Assembly: GCA_030431785.1 (NCBI GenBank) | Contig: JAUIIM010000002.1 | Location: 37,927 to 101,926 of the forward strand | DNA: 64,000 bases | From: Acidimicrobiia bacterium | Lineage (GTDB): Bacteria; Actinomycetota; Acidimicrobiia; Spongiisociales; UBA5794 | Direction of reading: 5' to 3' | Shown here: piece after piece, positions 33,544 to 42,932 of the stretch | Numbering within the stretch: the stretch's first letter is position 1 | Layout: the number at the start of each line of letters is the position of its first letter | The notes under the pieces: generated by a model | Told to the model about the DNA's origin: nothing | The model's input: the letters and a program-made list of their open reading frames with translations, nothing else | Databases searched by the model: none | Position numbers and translations under genes: made by a program

Positions 33544-34568
33544 CCCATGTGGTCATCGTCACCGGGGCCGGCGGTGTCGGCAAGACGACGATCGCCGCAG
33601 CCCTTGCGATCCAGTACGCACGAACCGGAGCGCGGACGATGGTCATCACCATCGATCCGGCGAAGCGTCTGGCCGATGCGTTGGGCGTCGGAGAACTCCG
33701 CAACGATCCAGCCCCGGTACCCGAGGAACCGGGGCTCGATGCGGCGATGCTCGACGTCACTGCCTCGTGGGAGGACATCATCCACCGCTACGCCGATCCT
33801 GACGTCGCCGCCCGTCTGTTGGTCAACCCGTACTTCCGTGCCATCGCAGATCGCTTCCCCGCTGCCCAGGCGTATGCCGCCGGCGAGCGGATGGCATCCA
33901 TCGTCGAATCGGGCCACTACGACGTCCTCGTCCTCGACACACCGCCCTCCGGCGGAGGCATCGACTTCTTCCGCGCTCCAAAGGGCACCAGAGACCTGGT
34001 CTCGGGACGTCTCCTGAAATGGCTCACCGGGTCGCATCTACCCGGGCGCAGTGTTCTGTTCCGCCTCACCGCACGACCGATACTGAGGATCGCTGACACG
34101 GTCCTCGGTGGCCCGATGCTCTCAGATGTAGCGGATTTCCTTCTCGACCTTCGTACGACCTACGACCAACTAGCGAACCGGTCGAAGGCCATCGAACGCC
34201 ATCTCGGGCGGGCACAGGTCCATGTCGTGACCACGGCAGACCCTGCACCGTTGCACGAGACGAGACGGTTCTTCGACGAGCTTGCGACCGTCAACATCGA
34301 ACCGACCGCGATCATCTTCAACAGGATGCTGCCTTCCACGTGGCTCGGTCCGGTCGACGTACCGGAGGGGACGAACCCGCTGCTGGTCACCAACCTTGCG
34401 TCGTGGGCCGCAGAGTCGAGACGTCAACGCGACGCTGCACGAGAGCTCGAGACTCGCCACGGGGTTCCTGTGCATCGCATCGAGTGGGCGGTACCACCGC
34501 CCACGGGACTCGATCAACTCGCCGCACTGGTCGATGGGCGGGATCTCCTGACGGAGCTACATCACTGA
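33540..34568 (+). CDS. ArsA/Get3-like P-loop ATPase (second of pair)
   Basis: MTHVVIVTGAGGVGKTTIAAALA, TIDPAKRLADALG, VLVLDTPPSGG. The ATG at 33540 overlaps the upstream stop (ATGA). The track ORF start at 33069 is rejected. Confidence 0.85.
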   Translation: MTHVVIVTGAGGVGKTTIAAALAIQYARTGARTMVITIDPAKRLADALGVGELRNDPAPVPEEPGLDAAMLDVTASWEDIIHRYADPDVAARLLVNPYFRAIADRFPAAQAYAAGERMASIVESGHYDVLVLDTPPSGGGIDFFRAPKGTRDLVSGRLLKWLTGSHLPGRSVLFRLTARPILRIADTVLGGPMLSDVADFLLDLRTTYDQLANRSKAIERHLGRAQVHVVTTADPAPLHETRRFFDELATVNIEPTAIIFNRMLPSTWLGPVDVPEGTNPLLVTNLASWAAESRRQRDAARELETRHGVPVHRIEWAVPPPTGLDQLAALVDGRDLLTELHH

Positions 34569-37500
34569 GGTCGGACCGAACAGCTCACGGAGCTCGGCGA
34601 ACAACGCCGACCGAGGACTGACCGCGTACTCTGAGCTGACCCGGACTACCCGCACTCCCTGTTCGCTCGTCATGTGGACGTAGACCGGCGACGGTCCCGG
34701 ATGGTTCGAAAGGACATCACGCAGCTTTTGTGCGACCGTTGCCGACATTCTCGATGCCGCGACCTTGACACGGACGCTCGCATCCGTCGACAGTTCCGGT
34801 TCGCTGACCCCTTGCACGATGAACTTGACGTCGTCCCCGCGGTGGTCGACCCTGCCCCGCAGGATCAGGACCGCATCCTGTCGGATCATGGGGCCGTACT
34901 CGGCGACGGTCTTGGGGAACGCGACGGCTTCGACGGAACCCGACAGACCTTCCACGGTGAAGTACACCATCGGATCACCGCCTCGTGTGAAGCGACGATT
35001 CAACGCCCCGACGACACCACCGATGGTCGCTTGCGCTCGGTCTTCCTTTTCCCACAACTCCGGGATCTCGGTGTTGGTGAGGGACGCCATGGCGTTCTCC
35101 ACTCCGAGAAGCGGATGGTCGGATATGTAGAGACCGAGCATCTCCTTCTCGAACCCGAGCTTGATCTTCTTCTTCCACTCGTGGTCAGGGATCTCCGGCT
35201 GGACCTCTCCGACGTCGGACGAGGCACCGCCGAAGAGGCTGAACTGGCCGGCTTCCTCTGCACGTCGCCGATCCACGTTGGCGTCGATCACCAGAGGGGC
35301 GATCTCGAACAACCCGCGTCGAGGGTGGCCGAGATTGTCGAAAGCGCCTGCCTTGATCATGGATTCGATGGTCCGCTTGTTCAACACCTGGACGTCGACA
35401 CGGTCGATGAAGTCGAAGAAGTCCTTGTATGGGCCGTTCTCCATCCGCTCGGCGACGATGAGGTCCGTGACCTTCTCCCCTACGTTGCGGACAGCCGACA
35501 GACCGAAGATGATCTTCCCGTCGTGTGCGAGGAAATCCCGCTCGGACACGTTGACACCGGGCACTTCGACCGAGATCCCCATCATGCGACACTCATGCAG
35601 GTAGGCCGCCGTCTTGTCCTTGTCTCGCTTGACCGCCGTCAACAGCGCTGCCATGTACTCGGTCGGATAGTGCACCTTGAGCCACGCGGTCTGGTACGCC
35701 ACCAGCGCATACGCGGCTGAGTGCGACTTGTTGAACCCGTATCCGGCGAAGTGCTCGATGAATCCGAACAGGTCCTTTCCGAGCTGCTCGTCGTATCCCT
35801 GGACCACGGCACCTGCGACGAACAGCTCCCGCTGCTCGGCCATCAGCGCAGGGATCTTCTTCCCCATCGCCTTCCGCAGGTTGTCCGCCTCCGGCAGCGA
35901 GAACCCGGCGATCACCTGGGCGGCCTGCATGACCTGTTCCTGGTAGACCATGACGCCGTAGGTGTCGTCGAGCACCTGCGCAAGGTCCGGATGGAGGTAC
36001 TCGACTTCTTCCTTGCCGTTCTTCCGGTCCGCATACGTGAGGTGCATGTTCGCACCGAGCGCTCCCGGGCGGTACAGGGCGTTGAGTGCGATGAGGTGTT
36101 CGAACACGTCGGGTTGGAGATTGCGCATCAGGGCGCGCATCGGTCCGCCCTCGAACTGGAAGACGCCGACGGTGTCGCCGGCGCGGAACATCTCGAACAC
36201 CTTCTCGTCGTCGAGTGGGATCGAGTCGATGTCCGGACGGGAGCCCGTATTCCGTTCGATAAGCTCGAGCGCACGTTCGATGGTCGCGAGATTCCGGAGG
36301 CCGAGGAAGTCCATCTTGAGCAGCCCGAGCGCCTCGACCCCGTGCATCTCGTACTGGGTCACGACTTCGCCGTCCTCACCCTTTCTCTGGATGGGCACGA
36401 TGTGCGTGAGCGGTTCCGGCGAGATCACCACCGCAGCAGCATGGATGGAGTCCTGACGTCGCAGCCCTTCGAGACCTCGCGCGGTTTCGAGGATCTCGCG
36501 CGCACCGTCCATCGTCTCGATCAGATCCCGCAGACCTGCCGCGGCCGTGTAGTGGTCGCGTACGTCCTGTGGTGTGTCCGGCCCCGGCGGCGTGAGGCAC
36601 TGGCCGATCGTGGCCTCTTTGCCGAGGATGGCCGGCGGCATCGCCTTTGCCAGCTGGTCGCCCGCTGAATAGGGGTAGTCGAGGACGCGGGCGGCATCAC
36701 GTATGGCCTGTTTCCCCTTGATCGTGGAGAACGTGATGATCTGGGCGACATGATCGGATCCGTACTTCTCCGCGGTGTACTTGATCATGTCCCCCCGGTA
36801 CCGCTCATCGAAGTCCATGTCGATATCGGGCATCTCCTTGCGGCCCGGGTTCAAGAAGCGTTCGAAGATCAAGCCATAGGCGAGCGGATCCAGGTCGGTG
36901 ATCCGGAGACAGTATGCGACGATCGAACCGGCAGCACTCCCCCGGCCGGGTCCGGTACGGATGCCGTTGGCGGCCGCATAGGCGATCAGGTCCCAAACGA
37001 TCAGGAAGTAGGAGGAGAAGCCCATGTCGGAGATCACGCGGAGTTCGTAGTCGATCCTGTCCTGGGTTTCCTGGTCGAGCGAGCCGTACCGTTCCCTCGC
37101 CCCCGCCATCACCAGCTCGCGGAGATAGGAATCCTCATCATGTCCCTCGGGCACGTCGAAGGGGGGAAGCAGGACCTGATCGAGATCGAGTTCGACGTTG
37201 GCTCGCTCTGCAATCCATAGCGTGTTTTCGCACGCCCCCGGGTAGTCGTCCGAGGGGAAGAGGGCACGCATCTGTTCGGCAGACTTGACGTAGAACTCTT
37301 GCGAGTGGAACTTGAACCGGTCCTCGTCCGCCTTGACCGAGCCCGTCTGGATGCACAACAACGCATCGTGGGCGTCCGCCTCGTGGGCATACGTGTAGTG
37401 CGAATCGTTCGCTGCCAACAGCGGTATGTCGAGACGGCCCGAGATGTCGAGAAGGTCGGCCATGATCTTGCGCTGCGCCGGGATCCCATGGTCCTGGATC

Positions 37501-38060
37501 TCCATGAAGAAGTTGTCGCGACCGAAGATGTCCTGGTACATCGCGGCTGTTTCCAATGCCTTGTCGAAGTCGCGCTCGGTGCCCTTCTGGTCGTCGTCGG
37601 CGGCTTCGTCGACACCGAGCAGCTGTGGAACATGTCCGCCCAGGCAACCGGTCGTTGCGATGAGTCCTTCGGAGTGCTCGGCGAGGAGCTCGGCATCGAC
37701 GCGCGGCTTGTAGTAGTAGCCCTCGAGATAGGCGCGGGAGGCAAGCTGCATCAGGTTGCGGTAGCCGGTCTCGTTCTCGGCGAGGATCGTCGTGTGGTAC
37801 CGGACGTCGTCGCGTCGAGGCAGGCGATCGTGGCGCGACCCCGGTGTCAGGTATGCCTCCAGCCCGATGATCGGCTTCACGCCGACATCGCGTGCCGCCT
37901 TCACGAAGTCGACGACACCGTAGAGGACACCGTGGTCCGTGATCGCGACAGCGGGTTGTCCATCGGCGGCGACTGCTTCGACGAGATCTGCAACGCGGGC
38001 GGCACCGTCGAGCATCGAGAACTCGGTGTGTACATGGAGGTGAGCGAAGCTGTCAGCCAT
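34557..38060 (-). CDS. dnaE: DNA polymerase III alpha subunit
   Basis: PHP domain FAHLHVHTEFSMLDGA, palm/fingers GRKEMPDIDMDF, FNKSHSAAYA, and OB-fold tail. 1167 aa. Confidence 0.96.
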   Translation of the reverse strand: MADSFAHLHVHTEFSMLDGAARVADLVEAVAADGQPAVAITDHGVLYGVVDFVKAARDVGVKPIIGLEAYLTPGSRHDRLPRRDDVRYHTTILAENETGYRNLMQLASRAYLEGYYYKPRVDAELLAEHSEGLIATTGCLGGHVPQLLGVDEAADDDQKGTERDFDKALETAAMYQDIFGRDNFFMEIQDHGIPAQRKIMADLLDISGRLDIPLLAANDSHYTYAHEADAHDALLCIQTGSVKADEDRFKFHSQEFYVKSAEQMRALFPSDDYPGACENTLWIAERANVELDLDQVLLPPFDVPEGHDEDSYLRELVMAGARERYGSLDQETQDRIDYELRVISDMGFSSYFLIVWDLIAYAAANGIRTGPGRGSAAGSIVAYCLRITDLDPLAYGLIFERFLNPGRKEMPDIDMDFDERYRGDMIKYTAEKYGSDHVAQIITFSTIKGKQAIRDAARVLDYPYSAGDQLAKAMPPAILGKEATIGQCLTPPGPDTPQDVRDHYTAAAGLRDLIETMDGAREILETARGLEGLRRQDSIHAAAVVISPEPLTHIVPIQRKGEDGEVVTQYEMHGVEALGLLKMDFLGLRNLATIERALELIERNTGSRPDIDSIPLDDEKVFEMFRAGDTVGVFQFEGGPMRALMRNLQPDVFEHLIALNALYRPGALGANMHLTYADRKNGKEEVEYLHPDLAQVLDDTYGVMVYQEQVMQAAQVIAGFSLPEADNLRKAMGKKIPALMAEQRELFVAGAVVQGYDEQLGKDLFGFIEHFAGYGFNKSHSAAYALVAYQTAWLKVHYPTEYMAALLTAVKRDKDKTAAYLHECRMMGISVEVPGVNVSERDFLAHDGKIIFGLSAVRNVGEKVTDLIVAERMENGPYKDFFDFIDRVDVQVLNKRTIESMIKAGAFDNLGHPRRGLFEIAPLVIDANVDRRRAEEAGQFSLFGGASSDVGEVQPEIPDHEWKKKIKLGFEKEMLGLYISDHPLLGVENAMASLTNTEIPELWEKEDRAQATIGGVVGALNRRFTRGGDPMVYFTVEGLSGSVEAVAFPKTVAEYGPMIRQDAVLILRGRVDHRGDDVKFIVQGVSEPELSTDASVRVKVAASRMSATVAQKLRDVLSNHPGPSPVYVHMTSEQGVRVVRVSSEYAVSPRSALFAELRELFGPTSVM

Positions 38061-38262
38061 TGAGGACCATCATCGAATCACACGCATGTAAGCATGTTCC
38101 CATCGTTGTTCGCAGCGGTCGCCCAGAGCGGAATTCGGTGCGAAGTCGCGTCGTCTCCCGCGCCGCCTAAGGTACTACCCCGACGGGCACTCGCGGAACG
38201 CTTTCGGCAGACCGTACCCGTCGCGTACACGAATCCAGAACGAGCAGTGATAGGGAGACATC

Positions 38263-39288
38263 GTGGGTGTTGTCGGAGTCCTGACCGGAGGCGGGGATTG
38301 CCCCGGCCTCAACGCCGTCATCCGTGGCGTCGTGTGCCGTGCCGAAGAGCACGGATTCGATGTCGTGGGTATCCGCGATGGGTGGGAAGGGCTCATGACC
38401 GACCGCGTCGTCCCGCTCGACCGCGACGACGTCCGGGGCATCCTCGGCCGTGGAGGCACAATCCTCGGAACCTCACGTATGGATCCCTATGTGCACGGCG
38501 ACGGACTTGCGTCGTGCGAGAAGACGCTCAACAGCAACGGCATCGACCGCATCGTCGTCGTGGGCGGCGACGGCACACTCCGCTCCGCCATGGGATTGGC
38601 CGACGAGGGTCTCCACGTGATCGGCGTGCCCAAGACGATCGACAACGACATCGCAGGAACCGACGTCACCTTTGGATTCGAGACTGCCGTACAGATCGCC
38701 ACCGATGCGATCGACCGGCTGGCCACGACGGCAGAAGCACACAACCGAGTCGTGGTCGTCGAGGTGATGGGCCGCACGAAAGGCTGGATCGCTACCCATG
38801 CGGGGATCGCCGGTGGCGCCGACTATGTCATCGTCCCCGAGTTCGAGTACGACATCGATGAGGTCGTCAACACGATCCGCTCGCGCCACCGTTCCGGCCG
38901 TCGCTACTCCATCGTCGTCGTCGGCGAAGGGATCGAGCCGCCACCGGGCTACGACACCGGCGAGGCGAAGAAGGATGCGTTCGGGTTCGAACGCCTTGGC
39001 GGGGTCGCCTACCAGGTCGCTGCTGCGATCGAAGACCAGACGAACTTCGAGACCCGGGTGTCGGTACTGGGACACATCCAACGGGGCGGGACTCCCGTGG
39101 CCTCCGACCGAGTGCTCGCCACACGACTCGGCGTGGCCGCTGCCGACTTCGCCGCCAAGGATCTGTCGAACGTCATGGTTGCGGTTCGGGGCACCGAGAT
39201 CGTCCCTGTCCCGATCCAGGAGGCATGCGCTGACATCCGCGGTGTCCCCGAAGATCTCTTTGCGACGGCCCGCACCTTCTTCGGCTAG
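38263..39288 (+). CDS. pfkA: 6-phosphofructokinase
   Basis: GVLTGGGDCPGLNAVIRG, VVVGGDGTL, GVPKTIDNDI, MGRTKGWIA, LGHIQRGG. GTG start. GGDGT (Gly at the position that distinguishes ATP from PPi) suggests ATP dependence, but K in PKTIDND is shared with PPi enzymes. Confidence 0.9.
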   Translation: MGVVGVLTGGGDCPGLNAVIRGVVCRAEEHGFDVVGIRDGWEGLMTDRVVPLDRDDVRGILGRGGTILGTSRMDPYVHGDGLASCEKTLNSNGIDRIVVVGGDGTLRSAMGLADEGLHVIGVPKTIDNDIAGTDVTFGFETAVQIATDAIDRLATTAEAHNRVVVVEVMGRTKGWIATHAGIAGGADYVIVPEFEYDIDEVVNTIRSRHRSGRRYSIVVVGEGIEPPPGYDTGEAKKDAFGFERLGGVAYQVAAAIEDQTNFETRVSVLGHIQRGGTPVASDRVLATRLGVAAADFAAKDLSNVMVAVRGTEIVPVPIQEACADIRGVPEDLFATARTFFG

Positions 39289-40760
39289 CGGGTGCCCATC
39301 GGCGGCGCCTTCTTCACCTTCGGCTTCGCCTCAGGCTCGGTGACGATCGGTTCAGCCTGTCCCAACTCGTCGAGCGCATGGACGAGTGCTCCGGCGAACC
39401 GCCGTGGATCCACCACGACATCCCGTGCGGTGTTGAGACCGATGTGGATCTTCCCCATCAACGAGAACATGGCGACACCGATCCCATGACTCTGCCAGAG
39501 CGGGACCAGCGGGTAGGTACCGAGCATGGGTGACCCTGCGAGGTAGAGGGGGAACTGCGGGCCCGGAACATTCGTGACCGTCATGTTGAACGGTCGGGCA
39601 CGAGCAGCCAGTCGTGCCCCGAGCGAGACGAGTACCGCGGGTGCTCCCGTTGCCCCCGAGACCAACGTTGAGGCTCCCAGCGCCTGGTCTGTCTCCTTGA
39701 GTTCCGTGGTGGCAGCCGACACCGCCGCTAGCCGTTTGGTGGCATCCGGTTCGGCGACCGGTAACTCGATGAGCCACATCGCTACCTGATTTCCGAGCGT
39801 TCCACGATCCGATGCTGCGCGAACCGAGACCGGTGCCATGACACGGAACTCGATCCCTTCGACCGCCGATTCGTCCCCGTCGGCGTCATCGATCAGATAC
39901 CTCCGGACGGCCCCTGCGACAACACCGAGCATGACGTCGTTCACGGTCACGGAATGCCGGTTCTTGATCTCCTTCACGTCCTCGAGCGAGACATCGACCC
40001 ATTCGAATGTCCGGCCCGGCCCCACGTCGCCGTTCAGTGCCGTCTTCGCCGAGGGCGTCAGCCACCCGGAACCGAGGGAAGCAGCGGATGCCTTGGCGCG
40101 GTGGGCCCAATCTGTGGCGACGTCACCGATACCCGATGCGACGGAGGGCAGATCGGTCACCGACGAGACGACGGATGAGATCACCCGCGATACCTCCTTC
40201 ACGGCAAGTTCGCTGCCGGTCGGTGCGGGCCGCGGCGTCCACGGTTCGGGAGCACCGACCTCGGTCTCGTCGGTGAAGTCGAGGATCACCGCCATGAGAT
40301 CGATCCCGGACACACCGTCGATCATGCAGTGGTGGATCTTCGTGATCACCGCAAAACCTCCGTCGGCGAGCCCTTCGACCACGATGAACTCCCACAACGG
40401 CTTCGAACGATCGAGCTGCTGCGACATCAACCGGCCCGCCAGCGCCTTCAGCTGGTCATCCGTACCGGGATGTGGGAGGGCGGTGTGCCTGACGTGATAG
40501 TCGAGGTGGAAGTGCTCGTCGTCGACCCACACCGGATGACGCTCGAGCGGTACGGTGGCGAGCCGCTGCCGGTACCGCGGGATGAGGTGGAGTTTTGCCT
40601 CGATCATCCGTCGGATCAAGTCGATGTCGACACCCTCGCCTTCGGTGGCAGGGCCCGGTCCGAAGAGCGCCACGGCGCCAACGTGCATGTGCGTGGAGCG
40701 CGTTTCCAGAGCGAGGAACGATGCGTCCAGATTCGAGAGTCGTTCGTAGTGAGCAGTCAC
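39285..40760 (-). CDS. wax ester synthase/diacylglycerol acyltransferase (WS/DGAT)
   Basis: Catalytic HHCMIDGVSG motif, N-terminal ERLSNLDASFLALE and C-terminal NVPGPQFPLY. Start overlaps the rluD stop. Confidence 0.9.
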   Translation of the reverse strand: MTAHYERLSNLDASFLALETRSTHMHVGAVALFGPGPATEGEGVDIDLIRRMIEAKLHLIPRYRQRLATVPLERHPVWVDDEHFHLDYHVRHTALPHPGTDDQLKALAGRLMSQQLDRSKPLWEFIVVEGLADGGFAVITKIHHCMIDGVSGIDLMAVILDFTDETEVGAPEPWTPRPAPTGSELAVKEVSRVISSVVSSVTDLPSVASGIGDVATDWAHRAKASAASLGSGWLTPSAKTALNGDVGPGRTFEWVDVSLEDVKEIKNRHSVTVNDVMLGVVAGAVRRYLIDDADGDESAVEGIEFRVMAPVSVRAASDRGTLGNQVAMWLIELPVAEPDATKRLAAVSAATTELKETDQALGASTLVSGATGAPAVLVSLGARLAARARPFNMTVTNVPGPQFPLYLAGSPMLGTYPLVPLWQSHGIGVAMFSLMGKIHIGLNTARDVVVDPRRFAGALVHALDELGQAEPIVTEPEAKPKVKKAPPMGTR

Positions 40761-41710
40761 AATGGCGTCCCGTCGACGTCGCTTGCCGTCCCAGCGTCAG
40801 GGCTTCCGAGCGACCCCACGCTATCAGAAAGGTCCTTTGGGAGTGGAGACGTGACATCGATCTCGACGTCGTCGATCGGGTGCGAGAACACGAGTTGTCT
40901 GGCATGAAGCCACGGGCGACCGGGGTCACCCCGCCCTCCGGCACGACCGTAGGAACGATCACCGACGATTGGGTGCTCGATTGCCTGCATGTGCACGCGT
41001 ATCTGATGGGTTCGTCCCGTGTCGAGGTGCACCGAAAGCAGCGTTCGGGAGAGCTCTGGCCAACTCGCAAGGCGGCGGTAGTGCGTTGTCGCTTCCCGGC
41101 CGTCGGCGACCGTCGTCATGCGGGTGCGATTCCGCGGATCGCGACCGATCGGTGCTTCGATCGTTCCGGTTGCATTCGAGAACGACCCGGTGACCAAGGA
41201 GAGGTACCGTCGAGTGATCGACCGCCGCTTGATCATCCCCACGAGCGCACCGTAGGCATCCGCTGACCGAGCGACGACGAGGAGGCCGGAGGTGTCCCGA
41301 TCGAGTCGATGCACGATCCCCCACCGACCCTCCTGGCCAACGCCTTCGATGTCGGGATATCTGGCGAGCAGCCCGTTGACGAGTGTGGGACCCGTGGCAC
41401 CAGCTCCCTTGTGGACCACCACCCCGGCAGGTTTGTCGACGACCAACAACGATGCGTCCTCGTGGAGTACCTCGAACGGAACCCCGTCATCCGGCTCGAT
41501 CCGTGGCAAAGCCGCCTTGATGACCGCAACGATCTCTGCACCGGATTCGACGCGTTCGGAGGGCTTGACGACCGTGCCGCCGATCATGACCTCGCCGGCG
41601 TCGATCGCAGCACGCACCGTGCTCCTCGAGACATCCGCCATCCGCGCGACGACGACGTCCACGCGTTCACCGGACAGTTCCTCCGGCACGATGAGACGTT
41701 TCGTCGTCAT
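40757..41710 (-). CDS. rluD: RluA-family 23S rRNA pseudouridine synthase
   Basis: S4-like N-terminus, catalytic HRLDRDTSGLLVVA, RTHQIRVH. Confidence 0.9.
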   Translation of the reverse strand: MTTKRLIVPEELSGERVDVVVARMADVSRSTVRAAIDAGEVMIGGTVVKPSERVESGAEIVAVIKAALPRIEPDDGVPFEVLHEDASLLVVDKPAGVVVHKGAGATGPTLVNGLLARYPDIEGVGQEGRWGIVHRLDRDTSGLLVVARSADAYGALVGMIKRRSITRRYLSLVTGSFSNATGTIEAPIGRDPRNRTRMTTVADGREATTHYRRLASWPELSRTLLSVHLDTGRTHQIRVHMQAIEHPIVGDRSYGRAGGRGDPGRPWLHARQLVFSHPIDDVEIDVTSPLPKDLSDSVGSLGSPDAGTASDVDGTPL

Positions 41711-42255
41711 CAGGAGCGGCTTGGTAGGAATGCCAAGAGCAACAGGAGGATCACACCGCAGGTGATCGCGGTGTCAGCGACGTTGAACGTGGCGAAGAAC
41801 GAGAAGTCGATGAAGTCCACGACCGCCCCGTCCAGAAACCCCTCTCCACGGGCGATTCGGTCGATCAGGTTCCCGATGGCGCCACCGAGCACCAGACCGA
41901 GTGCGACCGCCTCACCACCACGAGACGAGTCGTTCAGTACGAACATGATCATGGCGATGACACCGAATGCGACCAGCGCAAGGACCGGACCACCACCCGA
42001 GAACATCGAGAACGCCGCTCCGGTGTTGTACGTCAGGCGGAGCTGGAAGAAGCCGTCGATGATGACAATGGGACCGTCAGCCAATGCCTCAGTAGCCCAC
42101 CACTTGGTGAGTTGATCGAGGAGTACAACTACCGCACCCACGACGAGTGCGAGCTGGACGTTGCCTAGACGCGGTTTGCGGCCTCCACCGTCGTGGTCGC
42201 GTATGGGAGTGCCTCCAGTCGCGCCACCGGTATCGGGTCCCCGGTCACTTCGCAT
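41710..42255 (-). CDS. lspA: lipoprotein signal peptidase (signal peptidase II), start uncertain
   Basis: LDQLTKWW, NTGAAFS, GGAIGNLIDR, FNVADTAI. The long N-terminal extension overlaps the dksA-like gene by about 90 nt. Confidence 0.88.
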   Translation of the reverse strand: MRSDRGPDTGGATGGTPIRDHDGGGRKPRLGNVQLALVVGAVVVLLDQLTKWWATEALADGPIVIIDGFFQLRLTYNTGAAFSMFSGGGPVLALVAFGVIAMIMFVLNDSSRGGEAVALGLVLGGAIGNLIDRIARGEGFLDGAVVDFIDFSFFATFNVADTAITCGVILLLLLAFLPSRS

Positions 42256-42536
42256 ATCCCGTACAGGCCTTTCTCCATGCGGTCCTGAGCGTGCTTTACA
42301 CGAGACAGTAGGTCACGTGCGTTCTGGACCATCGAAAGATCCATCTCCATCTCGACGGCGATCGCTCCCCCGTCGACATTGTCGGGATCGGCGTTTCGAT
42401 CGGCTGATCCTTCAGCGAGGCGTGACTCTTCACGAGCGCGGTCGTGCTCGTCGATGATCTCTTCGAGGCGCAGACGCTCGTCTTCGAGCCGTTTCCTGAG
42501 CCGTTCCAAGGTTGACTTCGCAAGCTTTCTGCCCAT
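42165..42536 (-). CDS. TraR/DksA-family protein with degenerate zinc finger
   Basis: Coiled-coil N-terminus (LERLRKRLEDERLRLEEII) and C-terminal GLYGICEVTGDPIPVARLEALPYATT carrying one Cys instead of the C4 finger. AGGGAGG precedes the ATG at 42536. The track ORF start at 42671 is rejected. Confidence 0.75.
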   Translation of the reverse strand: MGRKLAKSTLERLRKRLEDERLRLEEIIDEHDRAREESRLAEGSADRNADPDNVDGGAIAVEMEMDLSMVQNARDLLSRVKHAQDRMEKGLYGICEVTGDPIPVARLEALPYATTTVEAANRV

Positions 42537-42699
42537 CACACCTCCCTGTGGAGCCGGAAAGATAGCATTTGCGCGCCCAAATTCGGGGCGGTTCCGGATC
42601 AGGCCGCCGAGCTCATCTCCGCGTGCGCGTCGACGCCGCGACCGCAGGAGGACGCTGTGGACGTGACACACCGGTAGACTTCACCACGCAACGACGAGG

Positions 42700-42932
42700 A
42701 CACGATCGTCGGTAGCCATGCGCAAGCGAATCGGGAGATGGTGTGAGCCCGAACGCACGGTACCGACGACCATCACCTCCGAGCTGTGGGAAGAACAGGT
42801 TCCTGCCTCAGTAGAACCCACCGATTCGCCCTCGCACGGGTAGACGAGCGGCCGGAGTATCCGGCAAGCCGGGTGGTACCGCGGTTCCCCCGTCCCGGCA
42901 CCTGAAGACACAGGTGACCAGCGAGGACAGCC
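42700..42932 (+). promoter_or_regulatory. T-box leader of ileS
   Basis: Conserved T-box sequence AAGCCGGGTGGTACCGCGG at 42866-42884 with the UGGU bulge. GCCGGG (42868-73) and CCCGGC (42894-99) can close the antiterminator-like helix. A CACCTG/CAGGTG hairpin lies at about 42899-42920, just before the GAGG SD and the GTG at 42933. The 5' boundary is approximate. Confidence 0.75.

Noticed and set aside
34674-38063. Plus-strand ORFs antisense to dnaE (34674..35720, 35721..36668, 37299..38063 and others)
   Set aside because: dnaE is continuous and motif-rich on the minus strand, so these are mirror-frame ORFs.
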